Below are positions 17,344 through 27,175 of a stretch of 64,000 bases of DNA, piece by piece. Position 1 is the stretch's first letter. Each line of letters starts with the position of its first letter. A model generated the notes under the pieces. That model was given only the letters and a program-made list of their open reading frames with translations. It was not told the DNA's origin and made no database searches. Position numbers and translations under genes: made by a program. The DNA comes from an uncultured Acidobacteriota bacterium (GTDB taxonomy: Bacteria > Acidobacteriota > Blastocatellia > Pyrinomonadales > Pyrinomonadaceae), in the NCBI GenBank assembly GCA_963816985.1, contig CAWFMF010000004.1, positions 4,503,106 to 4,567,105 of the forward strand. The letters run 5' to 3'.

Positions 17344-20300
17344 TTAGTCTATCGAGAAATACTTCGACTCTTCGTGGTGGACGACGATGGCCGAAGTTGA
17401 TTGTTCGGGGACGAGCTGAAACTCCTCGCTCAGCTCGACGCCGATGCGCGCCGGGTCGAGCAGCTCGAAGAGTTTTACCTGGTCTTCCAAGTTCGGGCAC
17501 GCCGGGTAGCCGAAGCTGAAGCGCGAGCCCTGATAGCCCTGATGGAAGAGCTTCGCCAACTCCTTCGCGTCTCTCTCGGCTATCCCTAACTCCTCGCGCA
17601 CGCGCCTGTGCCAGAGTTCGGCGAGCGCCTCCGCCGACTCGACGCTCAGGCCGTGGAAGTAGAGGTAGTCGGCGTAGTTGTCCGACTTGAAAAGCTCCTG
17701 CGCGTACTCGCTCGCGCGCTGCCCGACGGTGACGAGGTGGAAGGCGGCCACGTCCACGCGCCCCGAATCCTTCGACGCGAAGAAGTCGGCGAGGCACAGA
17801 CGCTTGCCCGCAGGCTGTCGCGGGAAGGTGAAGCGGACGCGCTCCGTTCGTTCGTCGTCCTGATAGATGATGAGGTCGTTGCCCTCGGACTGGCAGGGGA
17901 AATAGCCGTAGACGACCTTCGGACTGAGTAGTCCTTCGCGCTCCGAACGTTCCTTCAGCTCTTCGTAGACGGGCCGCACCTTCCCGGCGACGAGCGCGCG
18001 GTACTCCTCCGCAGACCGTCGGCCCTGCTTGAACTGCCACTGGCCTTTGAAGAGCGCGGTCTCATTGACGAAGGCGAACACGTCCGCGAGCGGGATGTCT
18101 TCCACGACCTTCGAGCCGTAGAAGGGCGCGCGCGGAATCGGGGCGTTCGGGTTCACGTCCGAGCGCGCGGTGTGCGTCGTGTCGCCCGCAATCGCTTTCG
18201 CGGCGCGCGGGCGCGCGGGCTTGCGGATGCCGAGCTTGGCGTCCTCGCCGACAAGGTCTTCCGCGTCGTCCGCCGACGAAGCATCGGTCTCGGCAGCCGC
18301 GCCGTTTCCGTTGCCAGCGGCGGCGGCCTTCGCGCTCTTCGCCTCTTCCGACTGTCCGCCGCTGCCCGTCAGACTGTCCATCGTGTAGAGGCCGTCGAAG
18401 GCGTCGCGCGCGTAGAAGAGATCGCCCTTGTAAATCTCCTTCAAGTCTTCTTCGACGTAGCGGCGCGTGAGGGCCGCGCCGCCGAGCACGACGGGCACAC
18501 GGATTCCGCGCTCGTTCAGGATTTCGAGGTTGTCGCGCATGACGAGCGTTGACTTGACGAGCAGCCCGCTCATCCCGATGGCGTCGGCCCCGTGCTCCTC
18601 GAAGGCGTTGATGATGCCCTCGATGGTCTGCTTGATGCCGAGGTTGACGACGCGGTAGCCGTTGTTGGTGAGGATGATGTCCACGAGGTTCTTGCCGATG
18701 TCGTGAACGTCGCCCTTCACCGTGGCGAGCACCATCGTCCCCTTCGCCGTCGCCCCGCCCTTCTTCTCCATGAAGGGTTCGAGGAAGCGCACCGCCGCCT
18801 TCATCACCTCCGCCGACTGGAGGACGAAGGGCAACTGCATCTGCCCGCTGCCGAAGAGGTCGCCGACCGTCTTCATGCCGTCCAAAAGGATGGTGTTGAT
18901 GATGTCGAGCGCCGGATAATTTTCGAGCGCGCGATTCAACTGCTCTTCGAGCCCTATCTTCTCGCCGTCAATGATGTGCCGCTTCAGGCGTTCCTCGACG
19001 GGCAGGCTCTCCGTCTCCGCCTTCGTGGCCTTCGTCGTCACGCCCTCGAAGAGCTTCGTGAACTCGCCGAGCGGGTCGTAGGTGCAGACTTCGCCTTCGA
19101 ACTTCCGCCGGTCGTAGATGAGGTCGCGCGCCACTTCCAATTCGCGCTCGCCGATGCGGTTCAAGGGGACGATCTTGCTCGCGTTGACGATGGCGGCGTC
19201 GAGCCCCGCTTCCACTGCGTCGTGGAGGAAGACCGAGTTCAAGACGACGCGCGACGCCGGGTTGAGGCCGAAGGAGATGTTCGAGACGCCGAGGATGGTG
19301 AAGCAGCCCGGCAACTCCTCCTTGATGCGGCGGATGCCTTCGAGCGTTTCGAGCGCGTTGCGGCGGTCTTCCTCGATGCCGGTCGAGATGGGCAGCGCCA
19401 GCGGGTCGAAGAAAATGTCCGTCGCCGGGAAGCCCAGCTCTTGGGTCGCCTGCTCGTAGGCGCGGCGCGCGATTTTGAGCTTGCCGTCGGCGGTGCGCGC
19501 CATCCCTTCTTCGTCAATCGTGCCGACGACGACACTCCCGGCGAAGTCCTGCGCCAGCTCGAAGACCTTCTTGAAGCGCGGCTCGCCATCCTCGTAGTTC
19601 GTCGAGTTGAGGATGCACTTGCCGCCCGCGTGTTGGAGGCCCGCCTCCATCTTCTCCCACTCGGTCGAGTCGAACATCAAGGGGATGCGGATGTCGGTCG
19701 CCAGACGCGAGGCGAGCCGGTGCATGTCGGCTACGCCGTCGCGGCCCACGTAGTCCACGTTCACGTCGAGGACGTGCGCGCCCTCGCGCTCCTGCTCGCG
19801 CGCTAAGGAGACGAGGCCGTCCCAGTCCTCTTCCTTGAGCAAGTCCCTCATCTTCTTCGAGCCGGAGGCGTTGACGCGCTCGCCGACGATGAGGAAAGAG
19901 GCGTCCTGCACGTAGGGCTGCTGCGTGTAGATGGAAGAGGCCGAGGGCACGAGACGCGCGTCGCGGGCCTTGGGCGTGACGCGCTGCATCGTCTCGACGA
20001 CCATCCTCAGATGTTCGGGCGTCGTCCCGCAGCAGCCGCCGACGACGTTGACGCCGAAGTCGCGCGCGAAGTGCTCGATCTGCGCGACGAAGGATTCGGG
20101 CGTCTCGTCGTAGTGCGTCTCGCCGTTCTTGATTTCGGGCAGCCCCGCGTTGGGCAGAACAGAGACGGGCAGCGGCGAGTTCTCGCTGAGGTAACGGATA
20201 CTCTCGGCCATGTGCTTCGGCCCCGTCCCGCAGTTCATCCCGATGATGTCAATCGCGAAGGGTTCGAGCGCCGTCAAGGCCGCGCCGATCTCCGTCCCGT

Positions 20301-20901
20301 TGAGCATCGTCCCGAAGACCTCAATCGTCACCTGCGCGATGACGGGGCGACGGTCTTTCACCTTCTTGAAGTGGTCGAAGACGGCGGCCAGCGCGGCTTT
20401 GGTCTGGAGCAAGTCCTGGCACGTCTCGACGATGAAGAGGTCAACGCCGCCGTCCCAGAGGCCCCGCACCTGCTCGGCGTAAGAAGCCTTGAGGTCGTTG
20501 TAGGTGATGTGTCCGAGCGTCGGCAGCTTCGTCCCCGGCCCCATCGAGCCCGCAACCCAGCGGGGCTGCGCCTTCGTCGAGAAGTCCGACGCGAGGCGCT
20601 TCGCCATCCGCGCGGCGGAGACGTTCAGGTCGTAGGCCATGTGCGCGATGCCGAACTCCGCGAGGACGTGCGGCATCCCGCCGAAGGTGTTCGTCTCGAC
20701 CACGTCGCAGCCGACTTCGAGGAAAGCGGCGTGCACGTTCTCGACCGCGTCCGGGCGCGTGACGAGCAGGTGCTCGCTGCAATTCTCGAACTCCGGCCCG
20801 CCGAAGTCCTCGATGGTCAACTCCTGCGCGTGGAGGCTCGTCCCCATCGCCCCGTCGAAGACCACGACGCGCTCTTTCAATGTCTCAAGAAATTTGCTCA
20901 T
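17344..20901 (-). CDS. metH: methionine synthase, cobalamin-dependent
   Basis: Hcy-binding, pterin-binding, B12-binding (DVHDIGKNLV) and AdoMet-activation domains. The true start MSKFLETLKERVVVFDGAMGT is at ATG 20901; the ORF track extends 15 codons further, to 20946. Confidence 0.95.
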   Translation of the reverse strand: MSKFLETLKERVVVFDGAMGTSLHAQELTIEDFGGPEFENCSEHLLVTRPDAVENVHAAFLEVGCDVVETNTFGGMPHVLAEFGIAHMAYDLNVSAARMAKRLASDFSTKAQPRWVAGSMGPGTKLPTLGHITYNDLKASYAEQVRGLWDGGVDLFIVETCQDLLQTKAALAAVFDHFKKVKDRRPVIAQVTIEVFGTMLNGTEIGAALTALEPFAIDIIGMNCGTGPKHMAESIRYLSENSPLPVSVLPNAGLPEIKNGETHYDETPESFVAQIEHFARDFGVNVVGGCCGTTPEHLRMVVETMQRVTPKARDARLVPSASSIYTQQPYVQDASFLIVGERVNASGSKKMRDLLKEEDWDGLVSLAREQEREGAHVLDVNVDYVGRDGVADMHRLASRLATDIRIPLMFDSTEWEKMEAGLQHAGGKCILNSTNYEDGEPRFKKVFELAQDFAGSVVVGTIDEEGMARTADGKLKIARRAYEQATQELGFPATDIFFDPLALPISTGIEEDRRNALETLEGIRRIKEELPGCFTILGVSNISFGLNPASRVVLNSVFLHDAVEAGLDAAIVNASKIVPLNRIGERELEVARDLIYDRRKFEGEVCTYDPLGEFTKLFEGVTTKATKAETESLPVEERLKRHIIDGEKIGLEEQLNRALENYPALDIINTILLDGMKTVGDLFGSGQMQLPFVLQSAEVMKAAVRFLEPFMEKKGGATAKGTMVLATVKGDVHDIGKNLVDIILTNNGYRVVNLGIKQTIEGIINAFEEHGADAIGMSGLLVKSTLVMRDNLEILNERGIRVPVVLGGAALTRRYVEEDLKEIYKGDLFYARDAFDGLYTMDSLTGSGGQSEEAKSAKAAAAGNGNGAAAETDASSADDAEDLVGEDAKLGIRKPARPRAAKAIAGDTTHTARSDVNPNAPIPRAPFYGSKVVEDIPLADVFAFVNETALFKGQWQFKQGRRSAEEYRALVAGKVRPVYEELKERSEREGLLSPKVVYGYFPCQSEGNDLIIYQDDERTERVRFTFPRQPAGKRLCLADFFASKDSGRVDVAAFHLVTVGQRASEYAQELFKSDNYADYLYFHGLSVESAEALAELWHRRVREELGIAERDAKELAKLFHQGYQGSRFSFGYPACPNLEDQVKLFELLDPARIGVELSEEFQLVPEQSTSAIVVHHEESKYFSID

Positions 20902-21211
20902 GTAATCAAAAGCCGTGTGCTGTTTACGAAAGAAGCCCCGCGCCAAACAACGCGGGGCTTCTTGGTGAAAGCCTTTTCAGACGTGCCCTTTTTCGGGAGG
21001 CCCGCCGAGCTGTTTAGCGGTTATTTTACGTGGCCGCAAGTCGCCTTAACTCACCACGCTTCGACACATATTGAAACATCAGGTCTGAGCCATGTCAAGC
21101 CACACGCCTGCGCGAGATTAAGACTTCTATTGTCCGGTGCCCTGTGCTGTGATAACTTCCCTGCCGGTTCTTCCGTCCTTATCCACATCAAAGCGTTGAA
21201 GAGGTTTCGGT

Positions 21212-21706
21212 ATGCGCCGCGCCATCTACCCCGGCTCCTTCGACCCCGTGACCAACGGCCACCTCGACATCATCGAGCGCGGCTGCAAGCTCTTCGACGA
21301 AATCATCATCGCCATCCTCGTCAACCCTGAGAAGAAGGCGCTGTTCACGATTGACGACCGGCGCGAGATGATTGAGGAGGCCGTCGCCGAACTCGACAAA
21401 CGCGGCTGCATTCTCCGCGTTGACTCCTTTCAAGGGCTCCTGGTCAAGTACGCCGTCGAGCGGCAGGCCGAGACCATCGTGCGCGGCATCCGCGCCGTCT
21501 CCGACTACGAGTACGAATTGCAGATGGCCTTGATGAACCGCCGTCTTGAGCCGCGCATCGAGACCGTCTTCATGATGGCGGCGGAGGCTTACTCCTACGT
21601 CAGCTCGCGCCTCGTCAAGGAAATCTACCACCTCGGCGGGGCCATCGAAGGGCTCGTCCCGCACACGGTCGAGGCGCGCATGAGACGCAAGTTCGACCCG
21701 CAGTGA
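21212..21706 (+). CDS. coaD: phosphopantetheine adenylyltransferase
   Basis: 164 aa. AIYPGSFDPVTNGHLDII and VRGIRAVSDYEYE motifs. Confidence 0.95.
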   Translation: MRRAIYPGSFDPVTNGHLDIIERGCKLFDEIIIAILVNPEKKALFTIDDRREMIEEAVAELDKRGCILRVDSFQGLLVKYAVERQAETIVRGIRAVSDYEYELQMALMNRRLEPRIETVFMMAAEAYSYVSSRLVKEIYHLGGAIEGLVPHTVEARMRRKFDPQ

Positions 21707-21803
21707 GAAGTCCGAAGCCACGAGCCCCGGCTTGCGCGCGGCAGACATGCGCGGTTAACATCGTCCGTCAAGCACACCAACAACGAGAAGAAAAAGAAGG
21801 AAG

Positions 21804-23021
21804 ATGTCCAGTTCAACTCGAAGCACGACGGATGGGGTCTTTCCCGTCTCGGAGAACGTCTCGCGGATGCAGCCCTCGTCCACTCTGGCCGCGATGCAGG
21901 CCGCGCTCGCGATGAAGGCGGCGGGGGTGGACGTGGTTGACTTCGGCGCGGGCGAGCCTGACTTCGACACGCCCGAACATATCAAAGAGGCCGCCGCCGA
22001 GGCCATGCGCGCCGGGCAGACCAAGTACACGCCGACCGCCGGGACGCGCAGACTCCAAGAGGCCATCATCGGCTACTACGAGCGCGAGTTCGGCGCGAGC
22101 TTCGAGCCCTCGCAGGTGATGGCGACCGCCGGTGGCAAGCAGGCCATCTTCAACGCGGTCGTGACGCTCACGGGCCCCGGCGACGAAGTGCTCATCCCGA
22201 AGCCTTACTGGGTCACGTTCCCCGAAATCGTGACCTTCGCGGGCGCGACCCCCGTCTTCATCGAGACTGAGGAGACCGGCTTCCAGTTGAACGCCGAGCA
22301 GGTCGAGCGCGCCATCACTCCGCGCACGCGGCTCATCATCATCAACTCGCCCTCGAACCCTTCGGGCCGCGTCATCCCGCCCGCCGAGTTCGAGAGAATC
22401 ATGGAGCTGCTCGCCGAACGCGGCATCTACGCCGTCTCCGACGAGTGTTACCTGCGCTTCGTCTACGCCCCTTCGGAAGTCTTCAGCGCGGCCACGCTCT
22501 CGGAAGAGGTGCGCTCGCGTCTGTGTATCGCGGGCTCTTTCTCCAAGACTTACGCGATGACGGGCTGGCGCATCGGCTACGCGCTCGCGCCCGCCGCGTG
22601 GACGAAAGAGATGCTCAAGGTGCAGAGCCACTCGACGAGCAACCCAAGCTCGATAGCGCAGGCGGCAGCGGCGGCGGCCTTCAACTCTCAGCAGGACTGC
22701 GTCGCCGAGATGCTCGCCGAATACCGTCGGCGGCGCGACTGGCTCATCAATGCGCTCGGCGAAATCCCCGGCTTCAAGTGCAACGAGCCGGAGGGCGCGT
22801 TCTACGCTTTCCCGGACGTGCGCGGCTGCCTCGGCGGCGACGAGGTGAAGACCTCCGGCGACTTCGCCGACCGTCTTCTGAGCGAAGCGCAGACGGTCGT
22901 CACCGACGGCGCGGGCTTCGGCTCCGAGGGCTTCGTCCGCATCTCCTACGCGACTTCGATGGACAGACTCGAAGAAGGCGTCGAGCGCATCCGCCGCGTC
23001 GCCTCGCAACTCGCACGTTAG
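21804..23021 (+). CDS. pyridoxal-phosphate-dependent aminotransferase class I (aspartate aminotransferase-like)
   Basis: 405 aa. GAGEPDFDTP and INSPSNPSG motifs, lysine-containing SFSKTYAMTGWRIGY. AAGGAAG RBS. Confidence 0.9.
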   Translation: MSSSTRSTTDGVFPVSENVSRMQPSSTLAAMQAALAMKAAGVDVVDFGAGEPDFDTPEHIKEAAAEAMRAGQTKYTPTAGTRRLQEAIIGYYEREFGASFEPSQVMATAGGKQAIFNAVVTLTGPGDEVLIPKPYWVTFPEIVTFAGATPVFIETEETGFQLNAEQVERAITPRTRLIIINSPSNPSGRVIPPAEFERIMELLAERGIYAVSDECYLRFVYAPSEVFSAATLSEEVRSRLCIAGSFSKTYAMTGWRIGYALAPAAWTKEMLKVQSHSTSNPSSIAQAAAAAAFNSQQDCVAEMLAEYRRRRDWLINALGEIPGFKCNEPEGAFYAFPDVRGCLGGDEVKTSGDFADRLLSEAQTVVTDGAGFGSEGFVRISYATSMDRLEEGVERIRRVASQLAR

Positions 23022-23063
23022 GGACAAGGCGGAAGCTCGACCGTGAGGGAGGGCGTGTCTTAA

Positions 23064-23140
23064 ACAGTACCGCGAGCGGTAGCGAGCGGGTTGGCGATGA
23101 CTAAGCCAACCCGCTCGCTACCGCTCGCGGTACTGTTTTT
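23064..23140. repeat. REP-like palindromic element, family B (copy B1); probable bidirectional terminator
   Basis: cagtaccgcgagcggtagcgagcgggttggc-gatgactaa-gccaacccgctcgctaccgctcgcggtactg followed by ttttt. A 31-bp perfect stem. Confidence 0.75.
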
Positions 23141-23156
23141 AGTAGCGGTACTGCTT

Positions 23157-24563
23157 TTAGTAGATGTTGAAGTTGTATTCGAGGATGACGAACTGCGAGA
23201 CCGTCCGCCCGTCCTTCTGCGCCGGCTGGAAGCGGATGTTCCGAGCCGCCGAGATCGCCTTCTCCGTCAGACCGTCCGGCAAACCCTTCACCACCGAGAT
23301 GCTCGTCACCGCGCCCGACGAAGAGAGTACCGCCCGCAACCGGACGATGCCCGTCACGTTGTTCTTCCTCGCTTCTTCCGTGAACCCCGGCTCCGGCTTC
23401 GAGACGATCAAAGCCTTCCTCGTCACCTCGTTCTGCCGGAAGGTGCGGTCGTAGTCCACGGGCGTCCCGCCGCCTCCGCCGCCCGCTCCGCCGCCGCCCT
23501 CGTTGCGGTCGCCGCCTCCGGTGTTCCCGCCTCTGCCGGGGCCGACGCCGCCGCCGTCGCCTGAGCCGACGCCGCCGCCCGTCCCAGTCCCGATGCCTCC
23601 GCCTGTGCCGGGGCCGCTGGAGATTTCCGTGGACTTAGACTTCGGGTCGCCGAAGGGAATGGGGCGAGTGTCCGGAGGAAAGAGCGCCGGGTCGGCATCT
23701 ATCGTCGGGGCCACCGCGAGACTCGGATTCTTAATGGCCGGGGGCCGTGGGTTGGGAGGCAGAATCTGCGGCTGCAACTGCGCCGCCGGGAGCTTGCCGA
23801 AGGAGGCCGGCGTCTGCTCTTCGCGCCCGCCGCCGCCGCCGCCCTGCGCCTTCTCCTGCTTGGGCTTGGAGCCGCCGCCCGTGCCCTTCGCCATGCCCGC
23901 CGTTCCTTCGTCCGGCTTCTCCTGCTCCTTCGGGATTTCGTTTATGTCAACCATCCCGACCAGTTCGAGGTCTTCGTTGACGGCGGCCATCTGCGACGCG
24001 TTCCCGCGAAAACGGTCGAGCGCGTAGAGCGAGCCGAGCATCACGGAGACGATGAAGAAAGCGGCGAACGTGGCGAGGGCGACGTTGCGCTGCGAGAAGA
24101 ACTTCCAACCGGCGCGCGTGTAAGCAGTCGCCGAGCGTCCGGTGAATCCCAGAGGGTCTTTCTTAAATTCGGGCCACGTCAGTTGCGACTCGTGCGCCAC
24201 GGCTTGAAGCTCGCGCGTCAGGCGGCGCGTCAGCCCCTCGTCCTCGATGAAGGTCAGACTGTACTCGCCGCGCATGAAGGGGGGGAGCGTTGCGGCGGCG
24301 GCCTGTGGCCACATGTCGGGTCGGATTTCCTGTGCCATACGTTGACGGAGCCTTTCTTCGTAGCCCGGCCAGAAGTCCTCAGCCGGGAGAGTTGCCTCGG
24401 CGGCCTGCCCGAAGACTTGGAGGGTCTCGGACAGAGAGCGGAACTGCGCGCGGCAGGCGGCGCAGTGTTCCAGCTCTTCGAGCAGCGGGCCGCGCCGCGC
24501 GGCGTCCAGCTCGTCGAAGAGCAGGTCAACAAAATTCTCTCTGGTAACGTTGCAGTCGTGCAT
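23157..24563 (-). CDS. anti-sigma factor (zf-HC2-type N-terminus, one TM helix) fused to a TonB C-terminal domain
   Basis: 468 aa. Regions along the protein:
- LEHCAACRAQF zinc-finger-like motif
- TM helix VALATFAAFFIVSVMLGSLYAL
- Pro- and Gly-rich linker
- C-terminal VTGIVRLRAVLSSSGAVTSISVVKGL...RFQP, a TonB_C-like fold
Sits 20 bp downstream of the ECF sigma gene. Confidence 0.7.
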   Translation of the reverse strand: MHDCNVTRENFVDLLFDELDAARRGPLLEELEHCAACRAQFRSLSETLQVFGQAAEATLPAEDFWPGYEERLRQRMAQEIRPDMWPQAAAATLPPFMRGEYSLTFIEDEGLTRRLTRELQAVAHESQLTWPEFKKDPLGFTGRSATAYTRAGWKFFSQRNVALATFAAFFIVSVMLGSLYALDRFRGNASQMAAVNEDLELVGMVDINEIPKEQEKPDEGTAGMAKGTGGGSKPKQEKAQGGGGGGREEQTPASFGKLPAAQLQPQILPPNPRPPAIKNPSLAVAPTIDADPALFPPDTRPIPFGDPKSKSTEISSGPGTGGGIGTGTGGGVGSGDGGGVGPGRGGNTGGGDRNEGGGGAGGGGGGTPVDYDRTFRQNEVTRKALIVSKPEPGFTEEARKNNVTGIVRLRAVLSSSGAVTSISVVKGLPDGLTEKAISAARNIRFQPAQKDGRTVSQFVILEYNFNIY

Positions 24564-24582
24564 GGGACGATTCCCCGAAACC

Positions 24583-25206
24583 TTAGCGGCGCTCGGCGGC
24601 GGACAGCGGAGCGCCTTCGCCCGCGCCGACGACGCCCAGTCCGAGCGCGCCGCGCAGCTTTAGAAGCGAGCGGAACAATGATTTCTTAACGGCCCCGGTC
24701 GAGCACTCGCAGGCGACGGCGATCTCTTGATACGTCATCCCCTCGCGGTGCTTGAGCAGGAAGATGAGGCGCTGCGGCGGCGTCAACTCGCCCAGAGCCC
24801 CCATCACGCGCTCGACCATGATCTTCCGCACCAGCCCGTCCTCGGCCTCGCCGTGCGCCACGGAGGCGAAGTCGCGCGACTCCTCGTTCAGCCCGTCGAG
24901 GCTGTCGAAGCGGATGACCGTCCTCTCGTTGTCGCGCGTCGTGGTCATGGCACGTCGGTGGTTGAGAAAAGAGTTGATCGTAATCTGGCGCAGCCAGGTG
25001 TAGAACGAAGACTCTGCGCGGAAGCCCTTCAAGGATTTGAAAGCCTTCAGCCAGACCTCCTGCGAAAGGTCTTCGGCGTCGTGCGGGTCACGACAGTAGT
25101 GCATGGCGAGCGAGTAGAGGCGGCGTTCGTAATTCTTCGCGAGGAGGCAGAAGGCCTCCACGTCGCCCGCCTGCGCAAGCCCGATCAGTTGATCTTCGGT
25201 GGTCAA
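24583..25206 (-). CDS. RNA polymerase ECF-type sigma-70 factor
   Basis: 207 aa. Region 2 (AEDLSQEVWLKAF) and region 4 (MTYQEIAVACECSTGAVKKSLFRSL). Confidence 0.9.
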   Translation of the reverse strand: MTTEDQLIGLAQAGDVEAFCLLAKNYERRLYSLAMHYCRDPHDAEDLSQEVWLKAFKSLKGFRAESSFYTWLRQITINSFLNHRRAMTTTRDNERTVIRFDSLDGLNEESRDFASVAHGEAEDGLVRKIMVERVMGALGELTPPQRLIFLLKHREGMTYQEIAVACECSTGAVKKSLFRSLLKLRGALGLGVVGAGEGAPLSAAERR

Positions 25207-25310
25207 ACTCGAAAGTTCCCTTCGCGCTGGGTCGTTCCAATAGACTCAGCTTTCGGGGAATTGGTTGGCGGGGGGCCGGAGAAATTTTTCAACTGCCGGG
25301 ACTAAAAGCA

Positions 25311-25359
25311 AAAGCCGTGGGCAGGGAGAACTTAAACTCTCCCCGCCCACGGCTTTTTG
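25311..25359. terminator. bidirectional intrinsic terminator
   Basis: aaaagccgtgggcagggagaacttaaactctccccgcccacggcttttt. A GC-rich stem flanked by A- and T-runs, downstream of the DUF3352 gene. Confidence 0.6.
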
Positions 25360-25384
25360 ACTTGAGCCTTTTTGGACTCGACTA

Positions 25385-27103
25385 TTACTCGTCCGCCGTC
25401 ACCTTCTTCGGCTCTTCCGTCTTCGACTCCTCCTTTTTCGGCTCCTGACCTAACTTCGAGGTCACGGCTGCGAGCAGGCGCGGGAAGGTGCCGAGCGGGG
25501 TGCGGCTCTCGACGAAGAGCCCTTCGGGTTTCGAGACGCCGAAGGCGTAGCTCGGCTTGAGCGTCGTGGCGCGGCCAGAAGATTTGAACTCCTGTTCGCC
25601 GTTCTTGAGGACGTGGCCGAGGCGGTCGAGGTAGTCGGCGTTGGTGTTGAAGTAGACGAACTGCGGGTTGCTCACGCCCGCGCCGGCCTCGCGGAAGGTC
25701 GCGTTCTGTGCGAGCGACGGCCCGCCCTGCGCCGTGTCAATCACGCGCTCGACCATCCGCCCCTTGCTGCTCGCGATGAGGTTCCCGCCCACGAACGCGT
25801 ACTCAAGCCCGCGCCCATTCTCGCCCGCGATGTTTCGGACGACGACGCCCTTGTACTCGCGTGAAGAGACGACCACCTTCTTGTGCTCGGCTAATTTTTC
25901 GAGCGTCCGCGCGAACGCCTGCTCATCCTTCACGTTGAGGATGATGACGCCGCCACGGTCGTCGCCGTCCGCCAGTTGCGCGACGCAGACCTCCGCGCCG
26001 AGCTGGCCTACCAGGTCGTTGCGCAAGTCGAGCCCGGTCTTATTCGACACCTCCGTGAAGATGTCTTGCGGGTTCTTCTTCCCCGCCTGCACGGCGACCT
26101 GACTGACGAGCGTCAAGAGTTGGTCGAAGGTCTGCGGCGCTCCGGCAATCGAGGCGTCGAAGGCTTGCAGCGCGTCTCCGGGGACGAGCGCCAGCAGAGC
26201 CTGCGAGGTCGGCGGGTTCGTCGCAATCGTGCCGAGCACGCCTTCCTTGCTCGAAGCGTTGACGACGATGCGCTCGACCACACGACCGCCGTCGAACGCG
26301 CTCGTGAAGGAGGCCGATTGGACGGAACTCGCGCCCACGCCGTGGAAGAGTTGGCGGAAGGCCGCCACGCCCGCGTTGCCTTCGGACGACGGGCCGCTCT
26401 CGATCAGACGCGTCAGCGCCGCGCCGTCGAGGTAGCCGAACATCCCGTCGTTGACCGTGGAGCGCGTGCGCGCCTGCGCGAAAGTCTCGCTCGTCTCAAG
26501 CGACTTGGCCTTCCCCGCGCGCACGTCCAGGACTTTCTTAAGCGCGCCCACGGAGTTAGAGAGGTAGAGCGTCTCGTCCTTCCGCGCGAAGGTCACGTCC
26601 TCGCGCCCGTCAGAGGTGACGACGTGGATGGTCGTGTCGGCGTACTCCTCCTCTTTGATGCTCACGCCCTTCTTGGAAGACTCGCGCAGGGAACGCAGCA
26701 CGCGGTTGTCGAAGTTGCGGCGCGAGTCCCAGCTCCCGAATTCGCCGACGAGCACGAACTGCGGCTGCGGCTTCGCGTCGCCACCCGCCGCCTCCATCCC
26801 GACGAGCGCCAGAGCGTAACTCGCGTCGAGCGCGCCCGTGTGGTTCGCCGCCATCATAAAGAGCGAGCTGGCCGACTGGTTCTCCTTCGAGAGTTCACGC
26901 CACGCGTCGCTCTCGATGATCTTGAGGGCCTGCTCGCGGAGGTTGTTGACCTGCACGAAGCCGACCGTCTCCGCGGGCAGCATCCTTTCGAGCCGCGGGG
27001 CCTCCGCCTTCGAAGGGCTCGCGAACATCCACGCCGCCGCGACGAGCACCAGCACCGCCGCCACACCGCCGAACAAAAATGGTTTGCGCTTCAATCTATT
27101 CAC
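25385..27103 (-). CDS. hypothetical membrane-anchored protein (DUF3352-like)
   Basis: 572 aa with an N-terminal TM anchor. Globular remainder with a Lys/Glu-rich tail. Last gene of the GntR/ABC operon. Confidence 0.55.
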   Translation of the reverse strand: MNRLKRKPFLFGGVAAVLVLVAAAWMFASPSKAEAPRLERMLPAETVGFVQVNNLREQALKIIESDAWRELSKENQSASSLFMMAANHTGALDASYALALVGMEAAGGDAKPQPQFVLVGEFGSWDSRRNFDNRVLRSLRESSKKGVSIKEEEYADTTIHVVTSDGREDVTFARKDETLYLSNSVGALKKVLDVRAGKAKSLETSETFAQARTRSTVNDGMFGYLDGAALTRLIESGPSSEGNAGVAAFRQLFHGVGASSVQSASFTSAFDGGRVVERIVVNASSKEGVLGTIATNPPTSQALLALVPGDALQAFDASIAGAPQTFDQLLTLVSQVAVQAGKKNPQDIFTEVSNKTGLDLRNDLVGQLGAEVCVAQLADGDDRGGVIILNVKDEQAFARTLEKLAEHKKVVVSSREYKGVVVRNIAGENGRGLEYAFVGGNLIASSKGRMVERVIDTAQGGPSLAQNATFREAGAGVSNPQFVYFNTNADYLDRLGHVLKNGEQEFKSSGRATTLKPSYAFGVSKPEGLFVESRTPLGTFPRLLAAVTSKLGQEPKKEESKTEEPKKVTADE

Positions 27104-27175
27104 ACCACACCTCCAGTCAATGAAAACGAGCGAGGGTAAAATTTTAAGCAGCCGTGACCGACTTCAGTCTAACGA

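Noticed and set aside
18592-21330. Plus-strand ORFs 18592..19806 (404 aa) and 20011..21330 (439 aa) antisense to metH and overlapping coaD
   Set aside because: The metH frame is unequivocal. These are GC-frame artefacts (RRR/AAA-rich).
21813-23027. Minus-strand 404-aa ORF antisense to the aminotransferase
   Set aside because: No motifs. The opposite-strand aminotransferase is clear.
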